Assembly: GCA_965287045.1 (NCBI GenBank)
Contig: OZ336880.1
Coordinates: forward strand, 63,116,001-63,180,000
Direction: 5' to 3'
DNA length: 64,000 nt
From: Carcharhinus amblyrhynchos
Taxonomy: Eukaryota
Each line of letters opens with the position of its first letter. Position 1 is the first letter of the stretch. Shown piece after piece: positions 36,809-47,500 of this stretch. A program made the position numbers and the translations under genes. The notes beneath the pieces were generated by a model, which saw nothing but the letters and a program-made list of their open reading frames with translations, had not been told where the DNA came from and ran no database searches.

Positions 36809-37110
36809 GGGGTGTCAGGGTGGCACAGTGGTTAGCAGTGCTGCCTCATAGCACCAGGGACCCAGGTTCAATTCTGGCCTTGGGTGACTGTGTAGAGTTT
36901 GTACATTCTCATTGTGTCTGTGTGTGTTTCCTTTGGGTGTTCCGATTTCCTCCCATAGCCCAAAGGGTTAGGTTGATTGGCCATGCTAAATTGGTCCTTA
37001 ACATCAGGAGGATTATATGTGGGGTTACAGGGATAGGGTTGGGCGGGATTTCTGCCAGTGTAAGCTCGATGGGCTGATGGCCTCCTTCTGTACTGTAGAG
37101 ATTCTGTAGA
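36809..37110 (+). mobile_element. HE1/V-SINE-type tRNA-derived SINE
   Basis: A-box ggtggcacagtggttagca, B-box ggttcaattc, V-domain-like ggttgattggccatgctaaattg and CR1-type tail tggcctccttctgtactgtag; homologous to 43463-43804 and 53872-54100. Confidence 0.85.
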
Positions 37111-38164
37111 TAAATCCTATTATAAATTACTGAAATAAACATTTAAATTTTCATTTTCAATCTTGATTAAATTGTATTAAGCAAAGATATATTAATTTTT
37201 GATGAATACTATTTTTGACTTCAGTATAAAAAGTGTATAAGAATATGGTTGGAATACCATTTAAGGACTTATTGTTTGCAATACTTACATACTTCAAATC
37301 GACAGTCTTAGTTACGAAGTTACAAGTTGAATATATAGCATAATGCAATGTATATTCTCATTTAAATTAAAACAATCTAACTTCATGGATAATAGCTTAG
37401 CTTTATACAGAAAAACAGATGGGTTGGAGTATGTTGTGTCCTGATCATGTCACAAGTTCTAACATTGTATTCCAGCTTTTGACTCTCAGTTGCCTAGCTG
37501 TTATTTATTAAGTATGCACATAATGTATAACTTGTTAACTTGGAAACTATTCTTGAGATTGTGGGTCATGTTCTATGACTGAAATGCATTAGTATGTTAG
37601 ACCTTAAAGCACACTTCCTCAGCCATATGATATTGTGTAGTGAGAAGTGAGAAGAAGGGGACAAAACAGTGCCATTGCTTGTTCATTCCATACACTATGA
37701 GGTTTTAGCCTGTGTTTCATATTCAAATAATCATTCACGTTGTGAAACATAGCATTGTTTTAATTGATGAGCAAAATAATAAGTGGAAAACTGAACTGTT
37801 CTTTTCAGACACCAATATATTCAACCTGCTTCTTACAGCTGTTCAGATTTATTTTTCCTTCTTTTGGTGTTTATCAATGTGTCTTGTTTTTGATATTTCT
37901 GTTTTAGTATCTACAACTGACATCAAGCAATATTAAATTATATATATATATTACAGGGGTAATCAAAATACAAGACTCTCAATTCTAAAAATAATAAATA
38001 AATTGACTCATATCATGTCTGATCATACTGAAACACCGCAAAGCAGTTCATAAAATGAATTATTTTCAATATTTCATCTCACTAATGAGACTTAGCACCA
38101 ATTTCAGAAATGTACCCCTGCTGTACCAGTGTGAATTTTCCCATTTCCCACATTAACCATTTTA

Positions 38165-38365
38165 ATGTTTCCTAATGTGAGTGCCATTTAATGCCAATTT
38201 ATGTCTTCGCTCACAAGAAGCTGGATTGAGAATGCCCAAATGCATTTCATGTAGAACCCATACTGCTAGTAAGGAAAGAGAATTTTCACCCCATCTGTCT
38301 GCTGGATTAGAATCGAGGTCCCGGATGTAAAAGGTCAGCATGTTAACACAATGTACCCCACACAC
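38165..38365 (-). mobile_element. LF-SINE-like remnant
   Basis: Minus strand reads ccttttacatccgggacctcgattctaatccagc..atgaaatgcatttgggcattctcaatccag..aattggcattaaatggcac, resembling LF-SINE; from memory. Confidence 0.4.
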
Positions 38366-38794
38366 TGCCCTTTTCAATCCACTTCAAGAGCTTCAGAAGT
38401 TTAAGGTTTTACTGCCTGTCGGTACCAATTGCTGAGCAATTCTATGTTTAATGAAATAATGCTTTAAGATGGCACTTTTTTTTTACAGTTAATGAAGGGA
38501 AATCCTTGACAGAGACCTGGAAACTGATAAATGGAATCTGTCGGATTTATCGAAAAGTTGATAGGTGATACGCAACATACAAAGATCCTATAATCTTTCG
38601 GCACACAGATGCGGTTTTATAATTTAGCCAATGGCATTTCAGGAAGCAGCAAGTATAGGGTGTGTAATTAGGAAATACTAATATGGAGTAACTCCCAAGG
38701 CACGTGATGCTGCCCAAATTCCACAAAAGACACACACTCGTAAAGTGGAACAAAATATCATTATCCTAGATCAGATGTTGCAGTTGTTCCTTGC

Positions 38795-38990
38795 TTTTGA
38801 ATGGACCTGCCTCATATTAAGCTGATCTTTCTCTACACCTTATCTATAGCTGCAACACCATACTCTTCATCCTCTCCTTCTCTTCTCCCCTATGTACTCT
38901 GTGAATGGTACATTGTTCTGTATAGCATGCAAGAAACAATACTTCTCACTGTATTCCAAAATATGTGACAATAATAAATCAGATCAAATT
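38795..38990 (+). mobile_element. LINE 3' end (Rex1/Babar-like)
   Basis: Ends in cactgtattccaaaatatgtgacaataataaatcagatcaaat, a typical Rex/Babar-type 3' terminus; from memory. Confidence 0.45.
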
Positions 38991-39599
38991 ACAGTGATTT
39001 GTTTTTATCTACAGTAGGAGTAATGTGGACATAGTTGAACAGTGATTTTATAAATATGCTTCCTGTTTTCTATTTCCGTAGTAGTACCTTTATGGATGAT
39101 TGGTTAGTTTATTGATATTAAAGGCCTCAAGGATCTCAGAAGTAAACAAATATATTTTATACGAATATATTTTAGAATATAGTGGCTGAATATATTGTGA
39201 TAAACCATTGAAATTAATTGCATAATAATAATTTCTGAATTACAGATCAAAAATTTAATATATATTAATAACTGCAAACTGTCTTTGTTATTTTATTCAT
39301 TTATTTCAAAACAAGAAATTCACAAAGACACCACATTAACATGTGACACCCATTCATTTCAAGGTTTAAATGGTAATAACCATTTACTGATTGTGGGGTT
39401 AAATGGATATTAGTACTGTTCTTCCACTCAGAGCCTGATTGGTTTTATTGTCTAGTGCTCAGGCCATATTATTTCTTTAGTGTAGAGTAGAAGACTTCAG
39501 AATTTTTTTTATTAATGGCATGGAAACTTTGAATTGATTAGAGTTACACATTGGTAAAAATGAGAGCAAAAGGGGAAATGGCAAGAGCACAGGACTGCT

Positions 39600-39870
39600 A
39601 AAGGAATACTTGATCAATAAAAGTTGGATAGACTGGGGGACATTTCTCTAGAAAAAAGAAGTTGAAGCATAACCCAAGAGAGGTTTTTAAGACTATGAAA
39701 GAATTTGATAGGGCAGTTCAAGAGAAAATATTTCCGCTCGTGGGAGAGTTCAAAACTAAAGGTAATCAATATGAGATAGTTACTAATAAATCCAAGAGAG
39801 ACTTCAGGAGAAAGTTCTTTATCCAAAGAACAGTAAAGTTCTGTAATACTGTACCACAAGAAGTAGTTTG
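39600..39870 (+). mobile_element. CR1 LINE ORF2 C-terminal remnant (left part)
   Basis: ORF 39662-39919 gives EVFKTMKEFDR..EKIFPLVGE.KTKG..RRKFFIQRTVKFCNTVPQEVV, matching the CR1 ORF2 C-terminus. Confidence 0.85.
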
Positions 39871-40035
39871 CAAAAATTGCAAATTTGGAAAAAACAAAGT
39901 CCCCAGAATAGGAATGTGATAGTGACCAGATAATCTGTTTCTGTGATATCGATTGAGGGATGCACATTGGCGATTTTTCATTGAGGTTAATTCAACTGCC
40001 TTTTCTTCAGATCAGTGCCATGGGTTCTTTTGTAT

Positions 40036-40218
40036 CTCACAGTAAAACATCTCAGAACACCAGGTTAAAGTCCAACCAGTTTATTTGATTGTAATCCCAC
40101 AAGCTTTCGGAAACACTGTTCCTTCATCAGGTGTGTGGAAGGTACTGATCAGGTGTGTGTAAGGTTGTGAGACTTTTTACTGTGTTTATCCCAGTCCAAC
40201 GCTGGCATCTCCACATCA
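40036..40218. mobile_element. Penelope-derived short fold-back insert with hammerhead core
   Basis: Inverted arms at 40038-40058 and 40164-40184 (18/21 match); 11-bp flanking direct repeat ttcttttgtat (40025-40035, 40219-40229); CUGAUGA...GAAA core on the minus strand. Confidence 0.7.
40098..40133 (-). ncRNA. Candidate minimal type I hammerhead ribozyme
   Basis: Minus-strand RNA is CAC CUGAUGA A GGAA CAGUGU UUCC GAAA GC UU GUG. Stem I CAC/GUG, stem II GGAA/UUCC, palindromic AAGCUU in place of stem III, CUU cleavage triplet. Confidence 0.55.
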
Positions 40219-40434
40219 TTCTTTTGTATTTGCCTGAGAAAGTAGTCGGGGCTTCAGTTTAGCACCTCAATGAAAGATGAACACATCTAATAGTACAGGA
40301 TTTCCTCTGTACTGCATTGGATTGCCAACCAAAATTTTTGTACTTAAATCTATAGAATGGGACTTGAATCCATAACCTTTTCATTAGAGTCAATAGTATG
40401 GTGAACCAATCTGCATGAGCAGCTAAGTTACAAA

Positions 40435-40585
40435 GGATTCATAAGTGTACTTAAGAGGAAGTTAGATCAGCACATTAAGGTGCAAAAAATAGAAAGATAG
40501 ATTGATGCGGTCAGATGACAAGGTATATGTGGAACACACACACCAGCATAGAGGAGTTAGGCCAAATTGCCTATTTCTGACTCCT
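40435..40585 (+). mobile_element. CR1 LINE 3' end (right part, continues 39600-39870)
   Basis: cttaagaggaagttagatcagcacatt (LKRKLDQH, cf. CR1 FKGKLDKH), then the tail accagcatagaggagttaggccaaattgcctatttctg. Confidence 0.7.
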
Positions 40586-42888
40586 AGAATCTAGGGCTAA
40601 AAATTTGCCTGTTCCTGTTTTTGGGTCATCTGCCCAAGTCTAGTTCCTTTGAAGCAAACAGCCTGCCAACTTTGTGCTGTGTTCTTATTTGCATGATTAC
40701 AGTGTACACTTGAGCATGGCCAATACTGGCTGATCAACATGGGGCCAAGTGGCATGCAAGCCCAGCATGTGTTGTAACTAGCCTCGTAAAGCCAACCTGT
40801 CCCTCTTAATGGGGAGCTGCACCCATTACTAAGATAGTTACCATTATCTGCTATGAAATTGTCTTCAAGTGGAAGCCAGAAAAATGAAGCACCAGGAAAG
40901 AGAGAAGACATGCAGGTTAATGAATGCGGGCATTGGCTGAGCACTTTAAGAGATTTCCACAGTGAGTGGGGAGGGGGTGATGGTAGAGGTTGGCAGAGGA
41001 GGCACTCAAGAAAAAACCTTCAAATGGAACAGACGTAGATGGCCAAAGAGGTCATTCGGGAATTGGGTCTGGAGCATATAGAGCTAGTGACATAAGAAGT
41101 TTAATGAACTCACATGGATGGCAAAAGTCAGGGAATTCATTCATAAAATACTCACTACACCATCAACTTTCCATGTTGTTCAATGTACCATTCACCCATC
41201 AGCAGTTCCTAGGCATCAGGAAACAGGCTCAATATTCAAATGTCCCACCTTACTCACACATGCCTCCTAATGATATCAGCCACATACTCACCCCTCATAG
41301 CCTCCCCAGGCCTCCAACTATTCAACTATGGCAGACATATCAATCAAACACAATAATAGCATTCCTGATGTTCCACTCACTCTCCTGCAGGACAAAGACG
41401 CACACAATTAAAGGGAGCAGAGCAGAACCAGTGCAGACAGCCACGTCTGTATCACCTAAGTACTAGGACGGAAATTGTGCTCTGTGTCATGGGACTGACA
41501 GCAACAGAGCCTATTGCACCTAGCATTGCTGAGAATATTGAGGATGATGATATGCTCCTGCCTAATGTCTCTTATCAATTCCGACCCCTATTTCATTCTA
41601 TTATCTGTAACAAAATGCCATCTACTTATGGTGTGACCTTGGGCCCCTTGCTTTTCAGCAACCCCTTTCCTCGGGAAAATAGTTGTTTCTGATTTTCTGC
41701 TTTACCCTTCTGATTTTCTGCTTTAATGTACCAAAGAATAGCCATTTGCCCATTCATAGTAGCCTCAGGGCAAGAGGAACACCACAATGAAGCATCTTTA
41801 CTCAATCAAAACTCACAACCACCAGTTCAGATACTGACACTAAGCCATCCCTAGTAGGGTAGAGCAGAGTGGGGTAGCGTATAGTTCTATTACAGGGGAC
41901 TCAGATGAGGACCTCAATGGAGTGGCATTCAGGTGAAAACTGATGAATGTTCACTCTGTGATGCTTGGTGCATTGTTAGGCATGCCCGGAACCGTTCTAT
42001 TGCTGTCAGAGTATGGAGGACTTCAGCTCGAGTGTGATGCAGGGAATCACCCAGAACTTGCAGATTATCCTTTCCACAGTGGAAGACATTGCCAACTCCA
42101 TGACAACAATTTCAATTTCAGCAGTGATACAGCATCTGGTGGTCACTATTTCAGCTTTCAATACAGCTCAGGTGGAATCCATGCAACACTTGTGAAGTGC
42201 AGTGGAAGTTCAGATGGAAGACATGGGATTCATGGTTGATTCCAAACAGGTTCAGATTGCTGCTATGACGGCAATACCTCTCAGTGCTCAAAAAGGCATA
42301 CAGTTCAAAATTTTCCCTCCAAGAGAAAAGGAGATTCACACTGGTGCTGCCAAGGGGAGTGGCATTGAAGTGTGCAGCATGAGCCTGCTATCCTCTATCA
42401 AGATGACAGCATTTGTGTTTCCTACACTGCCAGAACCTCTTGCTGTTGCCTCTCAACCAGACAGTTGCAATCCATGCCAAGGTGATGCAGTCTGAGGCCA
42501 GATCCTCAAGGCACAGAGCTGCATGAAAGGCTGTCTGGCCCCAGTGAAAGTCAATGGCTTTCTGCCAGCCATGCTGTAGCCACTAGGGTAGCATTACTTA
42601 GGAATACAAGGTTAGGCAAAAGCACCCACAACTGGCACTGAGATATACAGAGATGTATAGTTCATTTCTGTTTGTTCAATTGGATGTGTTTTTGTTTAAA
42701 GATGTTATGGAAAGGTTTTGGGTGTTGTCTTTTATTGCGGGAACTTGGCCAAAAAGATGATGTGACAGTGTGTCCCAGATGGCCCGGGAGATAGGGACTA
42801 ATGCAGCCATGATGTTGAAGGGATGATCTCTGAAAGAGAGCGGAGTCTGAGCAGTCACTTCTGAAATGCAATGAGATGCAATACTGTA

Positions 42889-43072
42889 GGGAGGCAGTGG
42901 CATAGTGGTATTGTTGCTGAACTAGTAATCCAGAGATCTAGGTGAAGCTCTGGGGCCCTGGTTCAAATCATGTGCTGGCAGTTGATGAAATTTGAGTTCA
43001 ATAAAAGAAAGTCTGGAATTAAAAGTTTAATTATTACCATGAAACCATTGTCAATTATCATGAATACCGATC
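42889..43072 (+). mobile_element. tRNA-derived SINE, 5' part, inserted in the Harbinger remnant
   Basis: A-box gtggcatagtggta, B-box ggttcaaatc, then aaatttgagttcaataaa..tctggaattaaaag..accatgaaaccattgtc; same family as the minus-strand pieces at 60040-60640. Confidence 0.7.
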
Positions 43073-43079
43073 TAAAGAA

Positions 43080-43445
43080 AACAAAATCCCAGATGCTTCC
43101 TCCCTTCTATGTGGTCCCAGACTGCCTGGTGGCAATGGCTGTGCCTCACGATGGGGACGTTATGGAAGCTGCAACAGACCAACATGAACTTTTATATATG
43201 TCTGAAGATGGTTACCCTACCATTCCTGCCTCTTCTCCATACATACGAGCATTGCTTTTTATCATATTCCCATTGTCCTTCAGTAGTCGGCTGACAGAGG
43301 AGTAGATCCCTTTCCTCTGGTTTTTCTTAGCCTGTGGATGATGGGAATGGCAGGTTGATTCAGGATGAGTGCATTGTGACTGCTGTTAGGAAAGCTGGCA
43401 TTCACTGACGTAATGGTTTGTGCATGGTTACACACCAAACCTTGG
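43080..43445 (-). pseudogene. HARBI1-like (DDE_Tnp_4) transposase fragment
   Basis: ORF 43280-43519 contains LVCNHAQTITSVNASFPNSSHNALILNQ, resembling the Harbinger motif QLVCDH..I..V.A.FPGS.HD..IL; the catalytic D appears as N. Confidence 0.75.
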
Positions 43446-43462
43446 TGTGACGCTGCTGGCCA

Positions 43463-43804
43463 GGGTGGTGGCACAGTGGTTAGCATTGCTGCTTCACAGC
43501 GTTGAGGAGTCAGATTCAATTCCAGCCTTGGGTGATTGCCTGTGTGGAATTTGCATGTTTTCTCCGTGTCTGCGTGGGCTTCCCCTGGGTGATCTGCTTT
43601 CTTCCATCAGTTCAAAGATGTGCAGGTTAGGTGGATTGGCTGTGCTAAATTGCAGCTCAGTGTCCCAATTTGTGCAGGAGGATTAGTGGGGTAAATATGT
43701 AATGTTACAGAATAGGGACTAGGTAGGACAGTCTGTCCGAGTCTGTGCAGACTTGATGGGTTGAATGGCCTCCTTCTGTACTGGAGAGATATTATGATTC
43801 TATG
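43463..43804 (+). mobile_element. HE1/V-SINE-type SINE, full length
   Basis: ggtggcacagtggttagca head, aaagatgtgcaggttaggtggattggc central domain, tail gaatggcctccttctgtactg..atgattctatg. Confidence 0.85.
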
Positions 43805-45714
43805 CTCCTGTAACAACCTCTTTGTTGAACCTGACGTGCCTGAGAAGGTTCCTAGGTGAGACTGAGGTAGAAGTGCTTCTTCAGCTCCTTGGTTGGTACT
43901 GCTTTCTTCCTCCTTCTCCTCCCTCTGAACAGAATTTGCTCTCTCCAGAGCTTTCACTCCAGTAGCCTGTGATGTTGCAGCCCCAGAACAACTGCAACTA
44001 TAGCTCCCATACCAATTACAGACTATGAGCAAATGACTACATCTTCTGCCCTTTCTGCATGGATGCACCAACTCACCAGAGCAATCAACACTTCGCAGTA
44101 CTTGCACAAACTTTTGAAAAAGAGGAATGAAAAGCACTTCACCTACTTGTTGGAAGGCTGACTCTATTGGGAGAGTGTCCCTAGTGCAGCTGAACCCATG
44201 TCCAGCTGAGAATGATCAGTCCAGGTGTTCATTTTACCTGCTCAGTCCAATCAACTGTGTGTCCAATCAGTACAGAACACAGCTAATTTTTACAATTTGA
44301 GCACTCCTGAGACATCAGGTGCATGCAAGGCACACCTGCACTAATGCCCCTCCAAGCATGGGACACTGCACGGGCTACACCAAAAGTGGGTGGGAGTGCT
44401 GCACCATTTTGTGAACTTGGGGCATCCATCACATTGGCACCAGTGGTGCTACAGATCCCAATTTAATGAGCACTGTAAAAATTTTTATTGAGTTTAAGTT
44501 GATTTGAAAATGGTGGGCTTGGCTAAAGTAAAATTACATTGTACTCAGTCACCAATCCTAAAAAGATCATGTACCTCCAGATAATAGATTACTTCTCATG
44601 TCATAAATCACAGATCTAAAACTGGTGAAATGCTTAAAAAATCATTTTAATATTATAATAAAACAAATATTGGATGCAGTTTTAGCTATAATTGGTTGTG
44701 TGGCTGACAATAGCCTTCATTTACAGTCAATATTTGAGTATTAGTCCCACACCTCATTTTGTTTACTGCAACCTTAGCGAATCTCGCTGGGACAATGCAG
44801 GCGGCAATCAATTAAACCTGAACCACAACAGGTTGGGGCGAAATAATTAGTCAGGTACCTTTTATTAAATCAATGTAAACTTTCAAGATTGTAAAGATAT
44901 GAAACGGCATTTTAATTAGTTTAAATATTTATCAATTAAATAATTTCACGCAAATTATAATCAAAAGGTTAATAGCCAGGGCTTGCTTGATTCATTAATA
45001 CAGTTTTTACATGAACTCAATTAAACGATAATGCGGTTAATACTAAAAGTATTAGACACTAGAAAAGCAGAGGACTACTTCTAATGATAATAATTCAATT
45101 TTCAGGAAATTCTAGTTAAGCCTAGCCTAAAATGTATGAAATAAATATTGATTTTCACAGAAGCATGGGGGGATTATTAATGTTAGACTACTCAGATTTA
45201 GTTTTCAGTTGTAAGACAAGCTGAAACTGGAAGAACAAGATTTTAAACACCCTATCATATTTTGTAAGATCATTTTAAAAGACAAGGATTAAGATGAAGC
45301 ATTTTGTTCAGACTTGTTATAGAGTGAAACCATCAAATGTTATCTTACATATTTATATTAACCAGCATTATATGAAAAGATTATCTCTATATAAATGCGC
45401 ACATCAGGTATTTCATTGCTTATATCTGCTGACTAATTTGGATCAAGTATGCATGTGTTAAACATATTTGAAATACGTGTCACATAAGAGACTTCAGAAT
45501 GGAAGAATTTAACACAGTGCATGAAATTATTTGTTGCTTGGCTGCTGAAAATGTAATTGAGCTCAAAATGATGTAAAGCAACTTGACAATAAATGAAGTG
45601 CTTTACTGAAGAAAGAGAAACTTAATTCAGAATATTTACTTTCTAAATCAGTAGCTTGATGATATACAATTGGAGATAAAATCCTGCAAATTTATTTTAA
45701 ATGGTGTAGTGCTA

Positions 45715-45780
45715 CATCATCCAATTGAATGGAAGGACCGGCTTAAGGGGTTGCGCGGCCTACTCTTGTTCCAATGTTTT
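45715..45780 (+). mobile_element. CR1 3' tail fragment
   Basis: attgaatggaaggaccggcttaaggggttgcgcggcctactcttgttcc resembles the tail at 46940-47012. Confidence 0.5.
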
Positions 45781-46102
45781 TACAGACCAACTGGCTGCTC
45801 CTGTAATCCTGGACGCCAGCCCTTCTGGCAGGCATTTCTCCAGAATTCCTATTGATTTGTGAACACAGAACAGTAGGCATCTATAAATCTTGGAATGCCG
45901 TCCTTATGGCATGTAACCTTTCTTTCAGTCGGTTGAGGCGAACCACAAATTAATCTTGTGTCCCAAAATTTGTTGTGGAAGTAAGTATCCCCCATAACAT
46001 ATGTGTTTGCAGCAAATGTTGCAATATGCTGAATGGTGGACTGCAAATAGACAACTACTGCTCCATTGCTACATATGTGAAAATCTTATGTGAAGAGCTT
46101 AA

Positions 46103-46391
46103 TCTGAAGGAGAGTCATGTGGACTCAAAATGTTAACTCTGTTTCTCTCTGCAGGTGTTGCCAGGCTTGCTGAGTTTTCTTGCATTTTCTGTTTTTATTT
46201 CCTTTGTTCTTCTTGCTCCATCCCCCTTCCACTGGTTAACATTTCTATCTTTCTTCAGCTCTAATGAAAGTTCATTGGTCTGAAAAATTAACTCTGTTTC
46301 TCTTTCCGCAAATGCTGCCAGACCTGCTGAGTTTTCCCAGCACTTTTTCTTCTGATTTCAGATTTCCAGCATCTGAAGAATTTTGCTTTTG
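46103..46391 (+). mobile_element. Penelope-like terminal repeat, two tandem decayed units
   Basis: Duplicated ttaactctgtttctct..tgccag.c.tgctgagtttt units (~46133, ~46288), each preceded by a decayed hammerhead-like motif. Confidence 0.7.
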
Positions 46392-46399
46392 TACGACTC

Positions 46400-47500
46400 C
46401 AGAGGGCTCAAGAACCCAGAAGCAGTGCTACAAGAAGTCTAATGACCTAATGTGGACAGTCAACTTTGATCAATGCATCTTCATATGATATTCCCTACCA
46501 CTCACAACATAAGTTTTCTACTCTTTCCAGTGCACTGCACTCCCCTTGACACTCAGGACTCCACTTCAGTCTCACACAATGGTGCCAGTCCCACATCTAC
46601 CTCTCACTTGCTCCATATACCTTCAGTAATGGAAGGCACCTCAACCAAACACAGTGCAATTGTTGACATTCTTCCGTCTCTCTTATAGGACAAGGTTGCA
46701 CACAATAAAAGGGAGCAGAAAAGATCTGCTGGAGTGCATCTACGGCTCCTGAGCCCTGCTGAGGACATGCTTGTCCGCATAATAGAGCAAGCTAGAATGT
46801 GATATCCAGAATCACTGAGAACATTGAGGATGACAGTATGTCCTTGCCTCATCCCCTCTCTCAAATCCCTGCTGATTGATAGATTCTTGGTAAGCCAGGA
46901 GGTGAAAGGTTATCGGCAGGATGCCAACATCAGCTTAACGCCATGATCTTATTAAATAGTGGAACAGGCTCGAAGGGCTGAATGGCCTCCTCCTGCTCCT
47001 TGTTCATATGTTCAGCTTCACCTGCTATCTGGTATGACAAGCAAGCTGCTGATGGTGTGATCGTGGACTTTTTGCTTCCTGCCCATTTTTCTTTACACCA
47101 ACCTTCTCCTTTTCAGCTTTTGCTTTCAGACACCCAAGGACTGTCACCTGTCCAGCCAGGCCCACAAGAAGGAAAGAAAGCAGCAGCTCAGCATTAATGA
47201 AGAGATTCTGTCACTTCATCTGACACCCATTGTTGCCAGCTCTGCACGTGCCTTAGAGGTGGGTATAGAGTTGCTATTGTGAGCCATTTGGACAAGACTG
47301 TAGTCAGGCCAGTGGCAAAGTATGGTTTGTTTGCCAGGGCTGCAGAGGACTCAACGGAGAACCTTGATGGGTGGCATACTAAAGAGCGCTGAAGGGATGG
47401 GCATACTGAATACTATGTACATTTAACTGGCCTGCCAGACAGCCTCCTGTCACTGATACAGAGCACAGAGGAGTCACTTCTGCAGATAAATGCACAGGCC
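46400..47500 (+). mobile_element. Second Harbinger Myb/SANT-like gene remnant
   Basis: RTQKQCYKKSNDLMWTV (end of ORF 46264-46488) and tcttatag|DKVAHNKREQKRS (~46690), homologous to 41094-41420. Confidence 0.6.
46865..47012 (+). mobile_element. CR1 LINE 3' end inserted in the Harbinger remnant
   Basis: gatagattcttggtaagc..gccatgatcttatt..ggaacaggctcgaagggctgaatggcctcctcctgctcct is a canonical CR1-type tail. Confidence 0.75.

Larger units (their letters stand above)
39895..40410 (-). mobile_element. DeuSINE (SacSINE1-like), interrupted by an insert at 40036-40218
   Basis: Minus strand has a tRNA-like B-box (ggattcaagtccca), then cagtacagaggaaatcctgtact, cccatggcact, ccctcaatc and cagattatctggtcactatcacatt. 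Confidence 0.7.
40594..44470. mobile_element. Decayed PIF/Harbinger transposon with convergent Myb/SANT-like and HARBI1-like transposase remnants
   Basis: Plus strand: KKFNELTWMAKV (~41094-41130) and ctcctgcag|DKDAHN.REQ (~41391). Minus strand: VRFNKEVVT (~43808-43837) and LVCNHAQTITSVNASFPNSSHNALIL (~43360-43441). The left end gggctaaaaattt resembles the TIR at 32383; the right end is approximate. Confidence 0.7.

Noticed and set aside
36809-36880. tRNA gene
   Set aside because: The A and B boxes belong to a SINE head; there is no complete cloverleaf.
41687-41724. 17-bp direct repeat ttctgattttctgcttt
   Set aside because: Local slippage duplication inside a decayed transposon.
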